Counted from the whole stretch's first letter, positions 1 to 12,430 are shown. The stretch: DNA of 63,952 bases, filler included, from Octopus bimaculoides (GCF_001194135.2; 7 parts of 7 records of this genome joined end to end with filler, not necessarily neighbours in it), one strand, 5' to 3'. Numbers and translations: made by a program. The notes: generated by a model not told the origin, from the sequence alone.

Positions 1-204
1 ATATATATATATATATATATATATATATCCATGCAGTTGTAAATGGGTAACTCTGACAGACTGGCATTCTATTCATAGGGAATGCTGGCTTGCCTATCTA
101 GCTAGTGAGGTGGCTTCATTTAAAAGTTGTAACAATGCAAGGAAGCTTATTGTGACCAGCCATGTATAGCAACTGTCTGATAGTCTGGCCAATACACTGA
201 TGTA

Positions 205-415
205 TTGATATATATGTGTCTGTATATATGTGTGGGTGTTTGTGATTGTAACCCACCACCATTTGACAACTGGTGTTTGTTTGTTTATGTCCTCATGACT
301 TACTGGTTTGGCAAAAAATAAATACCTGGGTTGATTTTTTTTTACTAAACCCTTCAAAGTGGTGTCCCAACATGGTTACAGTCCAATGAGTGAAACAAGT
401 AAAATATAAAAGATA
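205..415 (+). mobile_element. SINE family B, degraded 3' portion
   Basis: Matches the tail seen at 59520-59627 and (reverse) 53525-53720: ccaccatttgacaac...caacatggttacagtccaatgagtgaaacaagtaaaa. Confidence 0.7.
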
Positions 416-654
416 TATATAGTGTGATCTAAGGTCTCTTTTGTGTGGTTTGTTATTTATGTATCCAGCCTTAGCACTGATAGTGAGGGCTGATCTTCCG
501 TGGATGAGCAGATCTCTGCAAGTGGCTATCTCATGAAATTTGGTTTTGATGATGTTAACTCCCTCTGTGATTGTGAGTTAGAAGTCAAGTGGAAGGAGGG
601 ATGTAGGTGATTTCTTTTTCATCAACACTGGCCTTCTAGATCTAGGCTGAGTTC

Positions 655-1130
655 AGCTACTTGTGTTCTTTTGTCATCTCCTCCATGAGGTTCAGTTTCA
701 CTGCTTCTATCCATGTCTTCCTGGGTATTCCACTTCTCTAGATCCTTCTACATCAGTCTATTTGCCCTTCTTCATCCATTGTCATTGTACATATACATTA
801 TGTATCCATATGAGCATAGCCAGCATGCTTGCACTCTGCAAATTGATTCCTCTTGTGCCCAGTTTTTCTCTTAACCCGTCTATACTTTGTTGTTTATGTT
901 CAATAGCATTACACATCCAGCCGGTCATGTTCACCTTTTTTTTTTTTATCCAACCACTGCTCATCCTTTGCATTCAGATATTTTAGACAGAAAATCTTAT
1001 TACCATGCTGCATTGCAGTTTGTATGCATGAATCATACAATCTTTTTGTTTGGAGAGAAGATCCTCTTGTCAGCAGAAGTAATAGATCCTTAAACTTCTT
1101 CCAGTCTATTCTACTTCAGGCCACTGCACT
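655..1130 (-). mobile_element. RTE-clade LINE, degenerate 3' fragment
   Basis: Minus strand gives ...MTGWMCNA...QQSIDGLREKLGTRGI..., homologous to the better copy at 7845-8790; frameshifted. Confidence 0.75.
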
Positions 1131-1162
1131 TTCAGTACACCCTCATCCACTGTTGATTAGAT

Positions 1163-1497
1163 TATAGGAAAGTGGATTATACATCATTAGATGTACACCT
1201 GCTTTCCTATATTAAATTAGAATGAACGGAATGCAGAACTCCAAACTATCAACACAAACAATATTTATTTAAGGTGGAAAATAGACAGCTTTACTCTTGG
1301 TTGTTGAGACGCCTTCTGTGTGTGAGAACATGGTTGCTGAGATGCCGGAATGTTGATGTGAGCTGTCTGGCGTGAGTTCGAAAGATGGAGAGAAGGCTTG
1401 ACATGTCCATGCTCCATGCCGGCTGGCCGCGAAAGAGAAAGAATAAAGCGGGAATGCTTGGATGTTGAATTCCACGCATGCGCACGGCGTTACTACA
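1163..1497 (-). repeat. 3' LTR of miniature LTR element
   Basis: Direct repeat of 2454-2804; one terminus mutated TG to TA; preceded on the minus strand by the PPT. Confidence 0.9.
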
Positions 1498-1511
1498 GGG
1501 CTCCCCTTGCC
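1498..1511 (-). promoter_or_regulatory. Polypurine tract
   Basis: Minus strand GGCAAGGGGAGCCC directly before TGTAGTAAC of the 3' LTR. Confidence 0.7.
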
Positions 1512-2437
1512 AGTGTGGAACGCACAATAATATAATTTTGGGAGGAACGCCTGAGGCAGGATGGCCACTGAAAACCACCCACAAGATGTGGCACAAACAC
1601 ACAAAGAAAAATCAAAGAAATGAATGTACACTTGTGAGATACATGCATGCAATGTTTCTGAAAGGAAAGAAAATGTATGAGTGCACAAGTGTGTGTGTGA
1701 GAGAGAAAAAACACAGAACATAGTAAAAGTGTCTGTAGAGAAAAAATCCAGTTTGTATAAGCGTTACACAAGTTGAATGTCTGTACTCAGGAAATTGTAG
1801 TCAGTTGGCAGAGCTGTAGTTGAGCGTCGATGCGAGTTGCGACCTGTTACCTGGTACTAAATATCCTAGTCGGCTAGCTCTGACTGTTGTGCGTGAGTGG
1901 ATATTCCACTCATACAGTGAAGATAAAACCGAGTGTGTTGATATTGGTTGCTTGTGTACTTGGTGGTGGGGTTGTTGGCGCACGACATTGTGGTAGACAG
2001 TACATTGATGGTGAAGACGTTGGCGCAGGAACTGGTTTATAGCTGTGTTCTGTATGTGTGGTGGTAATGGTGTTGACGGTGGTAATGATGTCCTGTTGAA
2101 ACTGTTGGCGACGTCGGGGGGCGATGCTCGTAGTTGATAGTGGTTGTTGTTGTCATCGCGGTGGTAATCTTGGTTGAACGAAGCTGGTGGTGAAAAGGCT
2201 GCTTAGTGATGATGGTGTTTGAAGAGGTACGCTTTTACAGACGGTCGACAGACACAATCTGTACGACCATTAGCGAAAACCTTGAAGAAATTTTTAACCC
2301 AAGATGAAATTGTTCGCATGTGACGAGCATGTTGCTGCTTTTTTAGCAAGTAGACGATGCTGTGTAAAAATGAATTTGACGTCTCGTATAGTATTATTGG
2401 TTGGTAGTCCAGAATCCATGGCCGCGTTTGTTTTTTA

Positions 2438-2450
2438 GTCGGGGTCACCA
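2438..2450 (-). promoter_or_regulatory. Primer-binding site complementary to the tRNA-Trp 3' end
   Basis: Minus strand TGGTGACCCCGAC, 3 nt after the 5' LTR; complementary to ...GTCGGGGTCACCA of eukaryotic tRNA-Trp. Confidence 0.85.
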
Positions 2451-2453
2451 GTT

Positions 2454-2804
2454 TGTAGGAAATTGGTTATACACCATTAGGTGTATAACCTGCTTTCCTA
2501 TATTAAATTAGAATGAACGGAACGCAGAACTCCAAACTATCAACACAAACAATATTTATTTAAAGTGGAAAATAGACAGCTTTACTCTTGGTTGTTGAGA
2601 CACCTTCTGTGTGTGAGAACATGGTTGCTGAGATGCCGGAATATTGATGTGAGCTGTCTGGCGTGAGTTCGAAAGATGGAGAGAAGGCTTGACACGTCCA
2701 TGCTCCATGCCGGCCGGCCGCGAAAGAGAAAGAATAAAGCGGGAATGCTTGGATGTTGAATTCCACGCATGCGTGAGACTACGCATGTGCACGGCGTTAC
2801 TACA
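2454..2804 (-). repeat. 5' LTR of miniature LTR element
   Basis: TG...CA termini (tgtagga...ttactaca); direct repeat of 1163-1497 with one 16-bp indel. Confidence 0.9.
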
Positions 2805-3148
2805 AGATCACTCGCATAACAAAGGTAATCAACTACAAAACATTTACTGTAGTAGAGCTTTGAGGACTTGCTACTTTTGAACATTTTCCATAAGCAAAGT
2901 CTTTATTCCTTGTCTACCTACTTCTGATTCTACTACATCACTTATGTACCCTTAGATCATATGGGGTACACTGTAAGGAATTTCTACCTACTCCTTTTCT
3001 GCATATTGAACAAGTCCATTTACCTGATGCTATTAGTATTCAGCTTTCTTTCCTATTTACTACACTTCTACAAGTCAAATTCACTCTTGATACAGTCAAC
3101 GACAAAAATAAGTGTTTGATAATTTTCCTTTCAATATCTGATAAGCTT

Positions 3149-3362
3149 AAGGTGGCAAGCAGGCAGAATCATTAGCATGCCAGGCAAAATGCTTAGCATT
3201 TTGTCTGTCTTCATGCTCTAATTTGAAATTCAACCAAGGTCCACTTTGCTTTTCATCCTTTTGAGGTCGATAAAATAAGTACCATGTGAGCACTAGGGTC
3301 GATGTAATTGACTCATCCCTTCTCCCAAAATTGCTGGCCTTGTGCCAAAATTTGAAATTAAT
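3149..3362 (+). mobile_element. SINE family A
   Basis: aaggtggcaagcaggcagaatc head, tttgcttttcatcctttttgaggtcgataaaataagtacc central block; about ten copies in the window. Confidence 0.85.
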
Positions 3363-3385
3363 ATTTTTTGCTATTGTTGCTTGTT

Positions 3386-3600
3386 AAGGCAGCAAGTTAG
3401 CAGAATCGTTAGTGCACTGGGCAAAATGCTTGATAGCATTTCAACTGTCTTTACTTTCTGAGTTCAAATTCTGCTGAGACCAACTTTACCTTTCATCCTT
3501 TTAGGGTTGATAAAATGAATACCAGTTAAACACTGGGGTTGATGTAATTGACTTACCCCTCCTCTTAATTTGTTGGCCTTGTGCCAAAATTTGAAATCAT
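3386..3600 (+). mobile_element. SINE family A
   Basis: Tandem neighbour of 3149-3362 with the same head, core and tail. Confidence 0.85.
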
Positions 3601-3613
3601 TGTTATTATTATT

Positions 3614-3815
3614 ATTACCTCCACCTTAGCGAAGGTAGAGGTATTGTTTTCAGTTGTATTTGTTTGTTTGTATATGAACAAGATATCTCAAGAACCACTG
3701 GATGGATTCAGATGAAACTTTCAGAGATGTTTCGCCTCATGACTGGCACAAACTGATTAGATTTTGGGATCGATCCATTACTGGACAAGGATTCTGGATT
3801 ATTATTTCCTGTTTT
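3614..3815. mobile_element. Non-autonomous Helentron/HINE-like element
   Basis: Terminal hairpin tacctccacc-ttagcgaa-ggtagaggta (3616-3643), then (GTTT)n and a gatatctcaagaaccactggatggattcagatgaaactt block typical of this class. Confidence 0.5.
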
Positions 3816-3978
3816 TTTTTTTACTTAATTTTTGAGAGCTGTTGGGTTCACTTTTAGTATTCTCATTTGTGAGAGTAGTCGTGTTTATTTCAGATATTCT
3901 CGTTTTAAAAATCATCTCTGGCTAATCATTGAGAAGACGTTGGTGTTACCTTGGCAGAGGTTTGCGCTCTGTGAGTGC

Positions 3979-3979
<1 letters not shown>

Positions 3980-4011
<32 letters not shown>

Positions 4012-4780
4012 TGTTTTACTTCTCACAATGTTCGGTCTTGTTTGTTCTGGTAGATTCTGTGAGAGCGGACAGCAGCCTACTGTCAGAGGTCTCACAGGGT
4101 CTCTTACCGCACATTATAAGCTTTGATACTTGGTTGTTAATTATCATGGGAGACATTCAACATCCAAGTACCAGTCTCAAAATCCTAGCTGTCCCCTGCA
4201 GGGTAGTTTTTTTCAGCTTGCTCTGATCTCATGTCAATTCCAATTTCTCTGACATATTTCTCAAACTTGGTTGTTAGTGCTCCGAGTGCCCCTACAAGTA
4301 CTGGAATGACAGACACTCTCCTCTTAGTCCACATTCTTGAAATTTTGTCTTTTAGTAGTCTGTACTTTTTGATCTTTTCTACTTCTTTGTTACTTATTTG
4401 TGCACCTCCAGGTATTGCAATATTTATAATCATGGTTTCCTTTTTTCCTTTGTCTATCACAATAATATCTGGTCTCCGAGCCTCGATTAGGGAGTCACAC
4501 TGGATTGTAAAGTCCCATAGTATCTTATGTTCCATGTTCTCGGTGACTCCTTCTGGTTCTTGTTTGTACCATTTTTGTGCTCTATTCAGTCTGTATTTTT
4601 TACATAGCCTTCAGTGGATGAACTTAGTCACGTTATCATGTCTTCTTTTGTAGTGCTATAGGGCCAGCTTGCTACATTCACTCATAATATGTGAGATTGT
4701 TTCATTTCTGCTGCTACACATCCTACAAAGGGGAGATTCACTGCTCTTATCTATTTAGAACTTGGTGTAATTAGTTCATC
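3980..4780 (-). mobile_element. R4/Dong-like non-LTR retrotransposon, 5'-truncated (Zn knuckle plus restriction-like endonuclease)
   Basis: CRMCSSRNETISHIMSEC...RHDNV...KILWDFTIQCDSLIEARRPDIIVIDK...KEVEKIKKY...VIPVLVGALG; (TAA)n-like tracts at both ends. Confidence 0.9.
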
Positions 4781-4820
4781 ATTATTATAATTATTATCAT
4801 TATTATTGTTATTATTATTG

Positions 4821-5025
4821 AAGGCGATGAGCTGGCAGAATTGTTAGCATGCCAGGCAAAATGCATAGTGGTATTTCGTCTGCCGCTATGTTCTGAATTC
4901 AAATTCCACCAAGGTTAACTTTGCCTTTCATCCTTTTGGGGTTGATTAAATTTACGCACTGGTGTTGATGTAATCGACTTAATCTCCTCCTCAAAGCTGC
5001 CCTTGTGGCAAAAATTTGAAATCAT
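4821..5025 (+). mobile_element. SINE family A
   Basis: aaggcgatgagctggcagaattgttagc...ctttgcctttcatccttttggggttgat. Confidence 0.85.
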
Positions 5026-5056
5026 TATTGTTATTATTATTATCATTATTATTGTT

Positions 5057-5205
5057 AGGGTGGTGAGCTGGCAGAATCATTAGCATGCTTAGTGGCATTT
5101 AGTCTATCTTTTACATTTTGAATTCAAATTCCGCCAAGGTGAACTTTGCCTTTCATATTTTTGGGGTTGATAAAATAAATGTTAGTTGAACACTAGGGTT
5201 GATGT
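5057..5205 (+). mobile_element. SINE family A
   Basis: Same head and core, 3'-truncated. Confidence 0.8.
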
Positions 5206-7844
5206 AACATCAGGCTTTATACCTCTAATAGAAAGTTTTATTATTATTGTTGTTGTTTTGTTGTTATTAATGATAATGATGTTTCAAATTTTGGCTCAAG
5301 GCCAGCAATTTTAGTTGATTACATTGAACACACACACACACTCACACATATATTATTATCATTATTATTATTGTTATTATTATAAGCAAATAGAGTGTGA
5401 GAAACTATAGGCATATGTGATATTTTAGCATCACACACATAATAAAAAAGTGGAGAAATGTGTGATGATATGTATTTACAGTTCAATGAAATGAGTCAGT
5501 AACATTTAAGACTCATGTCATGGTTACCACACAATCAATTGACAATTTGGCTCAGCAGTCCAAAAATGAGTCAATCTGTGTATAACAGGGTCGTACAGAT
5601 CAAAGCCCATGGAATTAATATATCATGAATTCAAAGTATTGTTTGATGTCCTGTGCCAATGTATGCTACTATATTTAATTTAGAACAACTGACTGCAACA
5701 TCAGTAATGCTTATCTCAGAAGAAGACCTTTACCTGACACAAAATTACCATCTGTAAAATCTCCTGTTCTAAGAAAATATGCAAATATCTGAAATTTTAA
5801 ACCTTACAAGAAAAAAAAAAGTAGATATAAATGTTAGGTAAGAAAAAGAAAAGAAAAAAACTGAGTGAATAGATAGACAGACAGACAAATAGATTGATAC
5901 ATATATGCATACAGACATAGACATATAGATAAGATAGATAGAGAGAGAGAGAGAGAATTTATGAGACAGATAGATAGAAATAAAAAGGGAAAAATAAAGT
6001 AGATTGGGTAAAAGAATAAGAAAGGTGACTTGCTAGCAGAGAGAAAAAGAGATAACAATAGACAGATATATAATAAGAGGAGCAGAAGTGAACGTTGAAG
6101 AGAAAATGTGAATGTGATAAAATGTAAGGAACCGAGCATGCTTTAGATGGTGATAAGAGATATGGAACGGATAACTTTGAAAACATTTAATTCAACTTAT
6201 TTTGCCCTTCAACAAGTTATGTTTACATTCAGTTTATTTTTAATGAAATGCTTTATAAACAAATAGATAAGACATCTTTTTCATATGAATAGATTTTGTG
6301 AGTTTTCATTAGAAACCAAAGTAACTAAGTAGTTAATGAGCTGGTTTTGTTACTGAAATATCACAGGTTTATTTGTCCTAGAAACTGGACTTGCATTAAA
6401 TGATTTCTGTAGAGATGGGAATGGTATGGGATACTGTTGTAAGTAAATTTGTTGTGAACCACGCTATGTAAGATCTCCTCTATTTCTCTTTCTTAACCAT
6501 AATTCTAATCCAAAGTGTAGCACTTTGAAAGGTTACACCGAGAACCACTTTTTATGAGAGATGAAACTTTTAGAGTGAAGGCAGTTTGGTTACTCTGAAA
6601 GGTAAATGATTAGTGTAGGTTCAGAGATTTGTAGTCCAGTAAGTCAACTGTTCTGGTGTTTATTGACCTGTTAGACCAGCAGTGAGATTTTCCTCAAATC
6701 ATACCCTACCATCTTAAAAAAAGGAAGAGCAACAATCATGGTTCTTTTTTGTTTTTTCTATTAAGCTTAACACACAGCTCATTTTTGACACCTTGGCCCT
6801 TATTTGCTTTAGTGGAGTTTGTTTTGTTACACTCTCTACTTTGACTTGCCAAAAAGTGGTGTTTGCATTTACATAGATTTCATTCTTTATATCACTCAAT
6901 TTTCTCACTGGGACATTAACATTGAAAACTTCCAGTAATTTTAGTTCAATGTTTCTTGCTCATTTCTCTAAATTCTTCTTTTGTCTTTACCACTCATTGG
7001 ATTACTCTAATCACATCTCTAATCCTCATTAAGGACTTCTATCTCTAATGTCACCAGCAGTTATCCTACCATCCTCATAAAGCACATCTCTCAGGTTAAC
7101 TCTATATAATGACATCACCCTTAGAGTTTTCAATGCATACAGCTTCTGTTGGCTGTTACCATTCTCCCATACTGAATCTGCTGGTACAAAAACTGTATTG
7201 TTTGCCATCCCTAACTATTTTTGCCAGTTGGTATCTTCACCTGCCTGCTTCTCTGATTGACACATCAACTAAAAACTCTTGACCTCTTTCAAACCATTAA
7301 ACCTACCTTTACTCTGCTATCACAACCCAGTCGTGAAACAAGCAATGCAAAATCTCTTGTGCAGCAACCTTGATTCATGTATTTCTTTTGTACTTCAAGA
7401 TAATCGACTAACAGATCTTTACTCCTTTTATATTGACAAAAAAGCTTCACTTCTGACCTATTTGTCACATAGCTCAGCAGATGACAAATATAATTTTCCC
7501 AAATTCTGCAGATATTTTTTTTTATTATAATACAATCTATCACTCCTGATATTTAAAAATTTACAGTTCCTAATAAATTTATGAATTACCAATAATATCA
7601 AATTTCAAAACCAAAAATACACCACCACCCATCATTATACCTTCCCAAGCATTTTTTAGCCTACTGCTAATATCAACAACTTCAAAGAGATAATCTACTT
7701 GGTAAATTTCAATGATGTTTTCATAGTTAATGATGTCCAGGCTTTTTAGACAAGGACAATGACTATCAATAGAGATAATATATTTCATCTCAAAAACTTT
7801 TAATTTATCATACATTTGATATCATTTTAAGATATCATACATTA

Positions 7845-8790
7845 AGGTGCCAGTCAGGCGGGACTGACATTGGCCATGCCTACGATTTCACTTGACTCAA
7901 CAGGTCTTCTCAAGCATACCAGATGGCCTGACGATTGAAGGGTACTTTTAAATGGGCCAGTTATGCGACACTGGCATCGGCCATGGCTACGATCTCACTT
8001 GGCTTGCTGGGTCTTCTCAAGCACAACATATCTTCAAAAGTCTCAGTCGCTTGTCATTGCCTCTGTGAGGCCCAACATTTGAAGGTTGTGCTTCACCACC
8101 TCATCCCATGTCTTCCTGGGTCTACCTCTTCCACATGTTCCCTTCACACAGATGACCATACCAGTGCAGTCGTCTTGCTTGCACACCGCATCTGATGCTT
8201 CTTATGTCCAACTTTTCTCTCAGGGCACTTACACTCTGTCATGTATGCACACTGACATTACACATCCAGCAGAGCATACTAGCTTCATTTCTTTCAAGCC
8301 TACACATGTCCACAGCACTCACAGCCCTTGTTTCACTGTTGTGTAGCATGACTGTTCACACACGTGCATCATACAGTCTATCTTTCACTCTGAGCGAGAG
8401 GCCCTTTGTTACCAGCAGAGGTAGGAGCTCTCTGAACTTTGCCCAGGCTATTCTTATTCTAGCAGCTATGCTTGGAGAGCATCCACCTCACTACTGACTT
8501 GGACACCTAGGTAACAGAAGCTATCGACTACTTCTAGTTTTTTTCTTGGCATGTGATGGAATCTGTTTTCTGTACATCTTCGGTGTTTATTGCCACTGTG
8601 CATCTGCCATACACAAAAACCTATCTTCACAGTTAACCCCACCTTTGATATTGCTGCACCTCTTATGTGTGCATAGCTTACACTGGGTACATCTAATGGA
8701 GTTTCTACCTATGCCTTTTCTACAAAGGGATTTGTGATTTGTCTACCTTCCTACTTACTATCTAATGCGTGTATCAGATGATTATGGTGC
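7845..8790 (-). mobile_element. RTE-clade LINE, 3' part (RT thumb region with Cys-rich insert, 3' UTR)
   Basis: EVVDSFCYLG...AARIRIAWAKFRELLPLLVTKGLSLRVKDRLYDA...RLERNEASML.WMCNV...ALREKLDIRSIRCG...GRGRPRKTWDEVVK; stops and frameshifts. Confidence 0.9.
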
Positions 8791-8919
8791 TGCTACACCA
8801 GTCATTGGGTATGACTCCTTCATGTATCACCTAGTTGACTATACGGCTGACTAGACTATAGCCTACACCACCAGATATTTTAAGCATCTCAGCTGTGATA
8901 CCCTTAATTGCTTTATTTT

Positions 8920-9110
8920 CTCTTCAAATTTGGGTACAAGACCAGCAATTTTGCGGGGAGAGGTTTTGTCAATTTCATTGACCTCAGTACTTGATTGGTA
9001 CTTATTTTACTGAACAAGAATGGATGAAAGGCAAAGTTGACCACAGCAATATTTGAACTCATAACCTAAAGAGCCAGAAGAAATGTTGCTGAGCATTTTG
9101 TACAATGCAC
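8920..9110 (-). mobile_element. SINE family A
   Basis: Reverse complement of the family A core (ggatgaaaggcaaagttgacc...atttgaactc). Confidence 0.75.
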
Positions 9111-9214
9111 TGTTTCAGTCATTGGACTGCAGCACTGCCTTGAAGGTTCCTAGTAAAATAAATTGAACCCAGTAATAACTTTAAGTCTGGTACTTATTCT
9201 AAGTTATGAGGATG

Positions 9215-9445
9215 TAAACAAACCAACATTGGTTGACAAGTGGGTGGTTTGGTGGACAAATGCAAGCACGCACACGCGCGCGCATGCACACACACACAAT
9301 AGGTTTCTTTCAGTTTCTGTCAACCAAATTCACCCACAATGCTTAGATTGGCCTGGTTCTATATAGTAGAAAATACTTACCCAAGATGCTACACAGTGGG
9401 ATTGAACCTAGAGCCACATAGTTGAGAAGCAAACATGTTACCATT
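9215..9445 (-). mobile_element. SINE family B
   Basis: Reverse complement of the family B head and tail, degraded. Confidence 0.7.
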
Positions 9446-9553
9446 CAGCCTTGCCTGTGCTTACATTATATACTATATTTAAATTAATCTTTGCAGATGA
9501 TAAAATAGAAAAAATAAAGGAACAAAATAGACTGTCAACAGTAGTTTCTTTAA

Positions 9554-9776
9554 CTCTTTAGCATTTAAACTGGCCATATCTGGCTGGCTCAAATATTATA
9601 CTGTTTTATGTTCAAACTGGCCATATTGAACCTCTCACACCCACCCTACAGTATCTTTCTAAAAATAAACAATCACACCATTAAAATCTCAAAGCTACAA
9701 GATAGTGCATGATTAATTCAAAACAATGTAAATGAATATGCATTACATTAGATAGAATAATCAGAATGCTAGAGGA
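9554..9776. mobile_element. TTAA-flanked MITE (piggyBac-like)
   Basis: TTAA at 9550-9553 and 9777-9780; imperfect TIRs ctctttagcatt / aatgctagagga; opposite-orientation copy at 52382-52953. Confidence 0.75.
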
Positions 9777-10837
9777 TTAATGTTATAAAGCTTTGGATCT
9801 AAATAAAGTGTAGTGACTGTCTTTGTGAACAATGTAAAGGAGATTCATATGCTGAGACTATTAGGACATTCATCATTATTTTTTGTGAAATTACAACAGA
9901 TAAGTGGAGACTGATTAGCAAATTAATTTGTGCCTTATCAGCAGAGAATAGAAAAGTTGTTTCCTTCAAATTATAATAGTTAGCTGATAATATGATAATT
10001 ATTATGTTACTAAATTACTGTTTTGCTTAGCAATACGTTTGACTTTATAATGTATCATAGAATAAATGTAAGATTTTTAACTGATATTGTATGTGTGTCA
10101 ATCAAACTGACTTAAATATACATTGTAAACAACTCTTCTTTATAACATCTTTTCTTGGACAGAAAAGAGTGGGTGAAGCTACAAACACCATCTCTGAAGA
10201 CAGAGATAGTTGTTCAGTTCCTGATGTGATTTCAAAACAATTCATACTAGTTGGTTAGATCCTATTCCTGAAGAGATTGTATAAAACACAGTCTGCTTAC
10301 AGTTGACATGTGTAGTTAACTCCTCAATGTACTGTATTTTCTGGCTGACATGTTGACGTATGTTGTGTAAACAGTCAAACAATGTTTACATTTCTTTCCA
10401 AATCTAGCTGCATTTCACATGGAATTTGGTCCTCTAAAGTCATATTGGTGTATAAGGTAACCTACCTTTTTTTGACTGTAAATTTTGGTCTGAAAAATTC
10501 GACTTGCATGGCTATGGTAATTTATGTTTATAGTATCAGCTGAAAACTGAGATTCACTCCAAAGTACATGATAAGGACAGAGTTAGGGTTTGTCAACCCT
10601 TGTTTTGTGGTATTGGTTTTGACTCTGTGTTTCACATGTATTGCAAGCCCCAGGTACTTTAATGTTCATTATATTTTATATATTTTATATAATGTTCATT
10701 ATATTTTATTTGCACTTTGTGGCTTATAAAGTGAAATACTCAAGAGACATCATTAGCTGCTAAGAGAAAAGCAGAAAAAGTGAGAAAAAAATTCAGTCTT
10801 AAAGGCTGCAGACAAACCTCTGATTTGTAAAAATAGT

Positions 10838-11045
10838 TTCAAATTTTAGCACAAGTTCGGCAAATTTAGTGTAAATGGGTAAGTTGATTACAATGATCCT
10901 AGTGATCAACTAGTATTTAATTTATCAACCCTGAAAGGATAAAAGGCAAAGTCATCTTTGGCAAAATTTGAATTCAGAACATAAAGACAGAAGAAATGCT
11001 TCTAAACATTTTGCCTGACATGCTAATGATTCTGCCAGCTTACTA
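10838..11045 (-). mobile_element. SINE family A
   Basis: Reverse complement, ending tgctaatgattctgccagct. Confidence 0.8.
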
Positions 11046-11177
11046 CCAAAAATTTAATTCTAAGTAAAAAATTCCAATCAAAATCATAAAAACAGAACAA
11101 AGTATAAAAATCTGTAAACCCCTCCACCCCAATAAACAAATCACCATCATCCTTCTCATGATCATCACCATCATTGT

Positions 11178-11610
11178 CATTTAATGTCTGTTTTCCATGC
11201 TGGCATGGGTTGGACACCTTGACAGGAACTGACTAGGCCAGGGACCACACCAGGTTCCATAGTCTATTTTGATATGGTTTCTATTACTGGATACTCTTTG
11301 TAATGCCACCTACTTTACAGAGTGTAGTGGATGCTTTTTAAGTGGCACCAACACCAGTGCATTTTATGTGGCACTAGTACCAGTGCTTTTCATGTGACAC
11401 CAGCACCAGTGCTTTTTATGTGACATCAGCACCAACACCAATGCTTTTTATGTGTCACTTTGGTTTTAGGATCTCAATTCTGTTGTGGTGGGCAGGTCTT
11501 CTTGAGTACAGCAATGCACCATATATCTCAATTCTGTCATCTCCTTTGTAAGGCTTAGCATTTTGAGATCAGCCTTCAATACTTCATTCCATGTCTTCCT
11601 GGGTCTTTGT
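11178..11610 (-). mobile_element. Family D repeat (RTE-tail SINE-like) with internal minisatellite of about 26 bp
   Basis: catttaatgtctgttttccatgctggcatgggttggac start shared with 48718 and 51440; accagtgc(t/a)tttatgtg(g/a)cac units at 11340-11460; RTE 3' sequence distally. Confidence 0.7.
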
Positions 11611-12149
11611 TGAGGGACACACTTGTGTGGGTAATACCATCATTTTTGTAGCATTTCTGATCTAGGGATGCCTATTGATGTGTATGAGTCTCTTTTTAAA
11701 TGTTATTCTGGAGAAATGCAGAGACAAATCTATCTTATCTTGTCTTACTCATTTTACTCCAGCTAAATTTGTCTTTTATATATGTTCAAATAGAACAGAA
11801 ATAATTTTCTGAAATAGTATTCTGAATATTTTATAGTGTTTTTAATGCATTTGGAGATAGTCATTCACTTAGCTGATATAGTTTTTGAAAGGTAGTGAAC
11901 AATTGTAAAAAATATCTTGCTTCTCCGTCAAAAATGCAGTAAATCTTATTCATTCTGCCCATTTTTTCTTTATTTTTATAATCTGCATTTTGTGCTTCCT
12001 GTAAATATATATCTCAATGCTAACTGTGTCTATCTATCTTACTACCACCATGACAGCTCGATTTGGATTTCTCTCATAACTACTCTCATTACCCTGGATG
12101 AAGTTGGATTTTAAGTTCACATTTATTTGAGCACAGGGTAAAGTCCACT

Positions 12150-12430
12150 TCTGTCATGAATGACCTAAAAAGTTCCCATCTGAGTCACAAGTCCAGGAAA
12201 AGTTGTTTATAGAAGACCAGCAGTTGCTGATGCATACCAGTCTTCCCTCTCTGTGTCACTGATGTGGTACCAGTGACGTCGCAACTCATTTCTACAGCTG
12301 AGTGAACTGGAGCAATGTGAAATAAAATGTCTTGCTCAAGAACACAACACATAGCCTGGTCCAGGGATTGAACACACTACATCATAATTGTGAACCTGAC
12401 GCTCTAACCACCGAGCCATGCACCTTCACC
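12150..12430 (-). mobile_element. SINE family C (tRNA-derived head)
   Basis: Minus strand tggctcggtggttagagcg...gttcaatccc A/B boxes; ttcttgagcaagacattttatttcacattgctccagttcactcagctg core. Confidence 0.85.

Larger units (their letters stand above)
1163..2804 (-). mobile_element. Internally deleted, non-autonomous Ty3/Gypsy-type LTR retrotransposon (1.64 kb)
   Basis: Two about 95% identical LTRs, PBS, PPT, 4-bp TSD AGAT (1159-1162 and 2805-2808); the interior keeps only an integrase C-terminal remnant (KVFANGRTDCV/SVDRL/KAYL). Confidence 0.9.

Noticed and set aside
11340-11460. CRISPR-like regularly spaced repeats
   Set aside because: Tandem degenerate units of about 26 bp without unique spacers, inside a eukaryotic retroposon; no cas genes.
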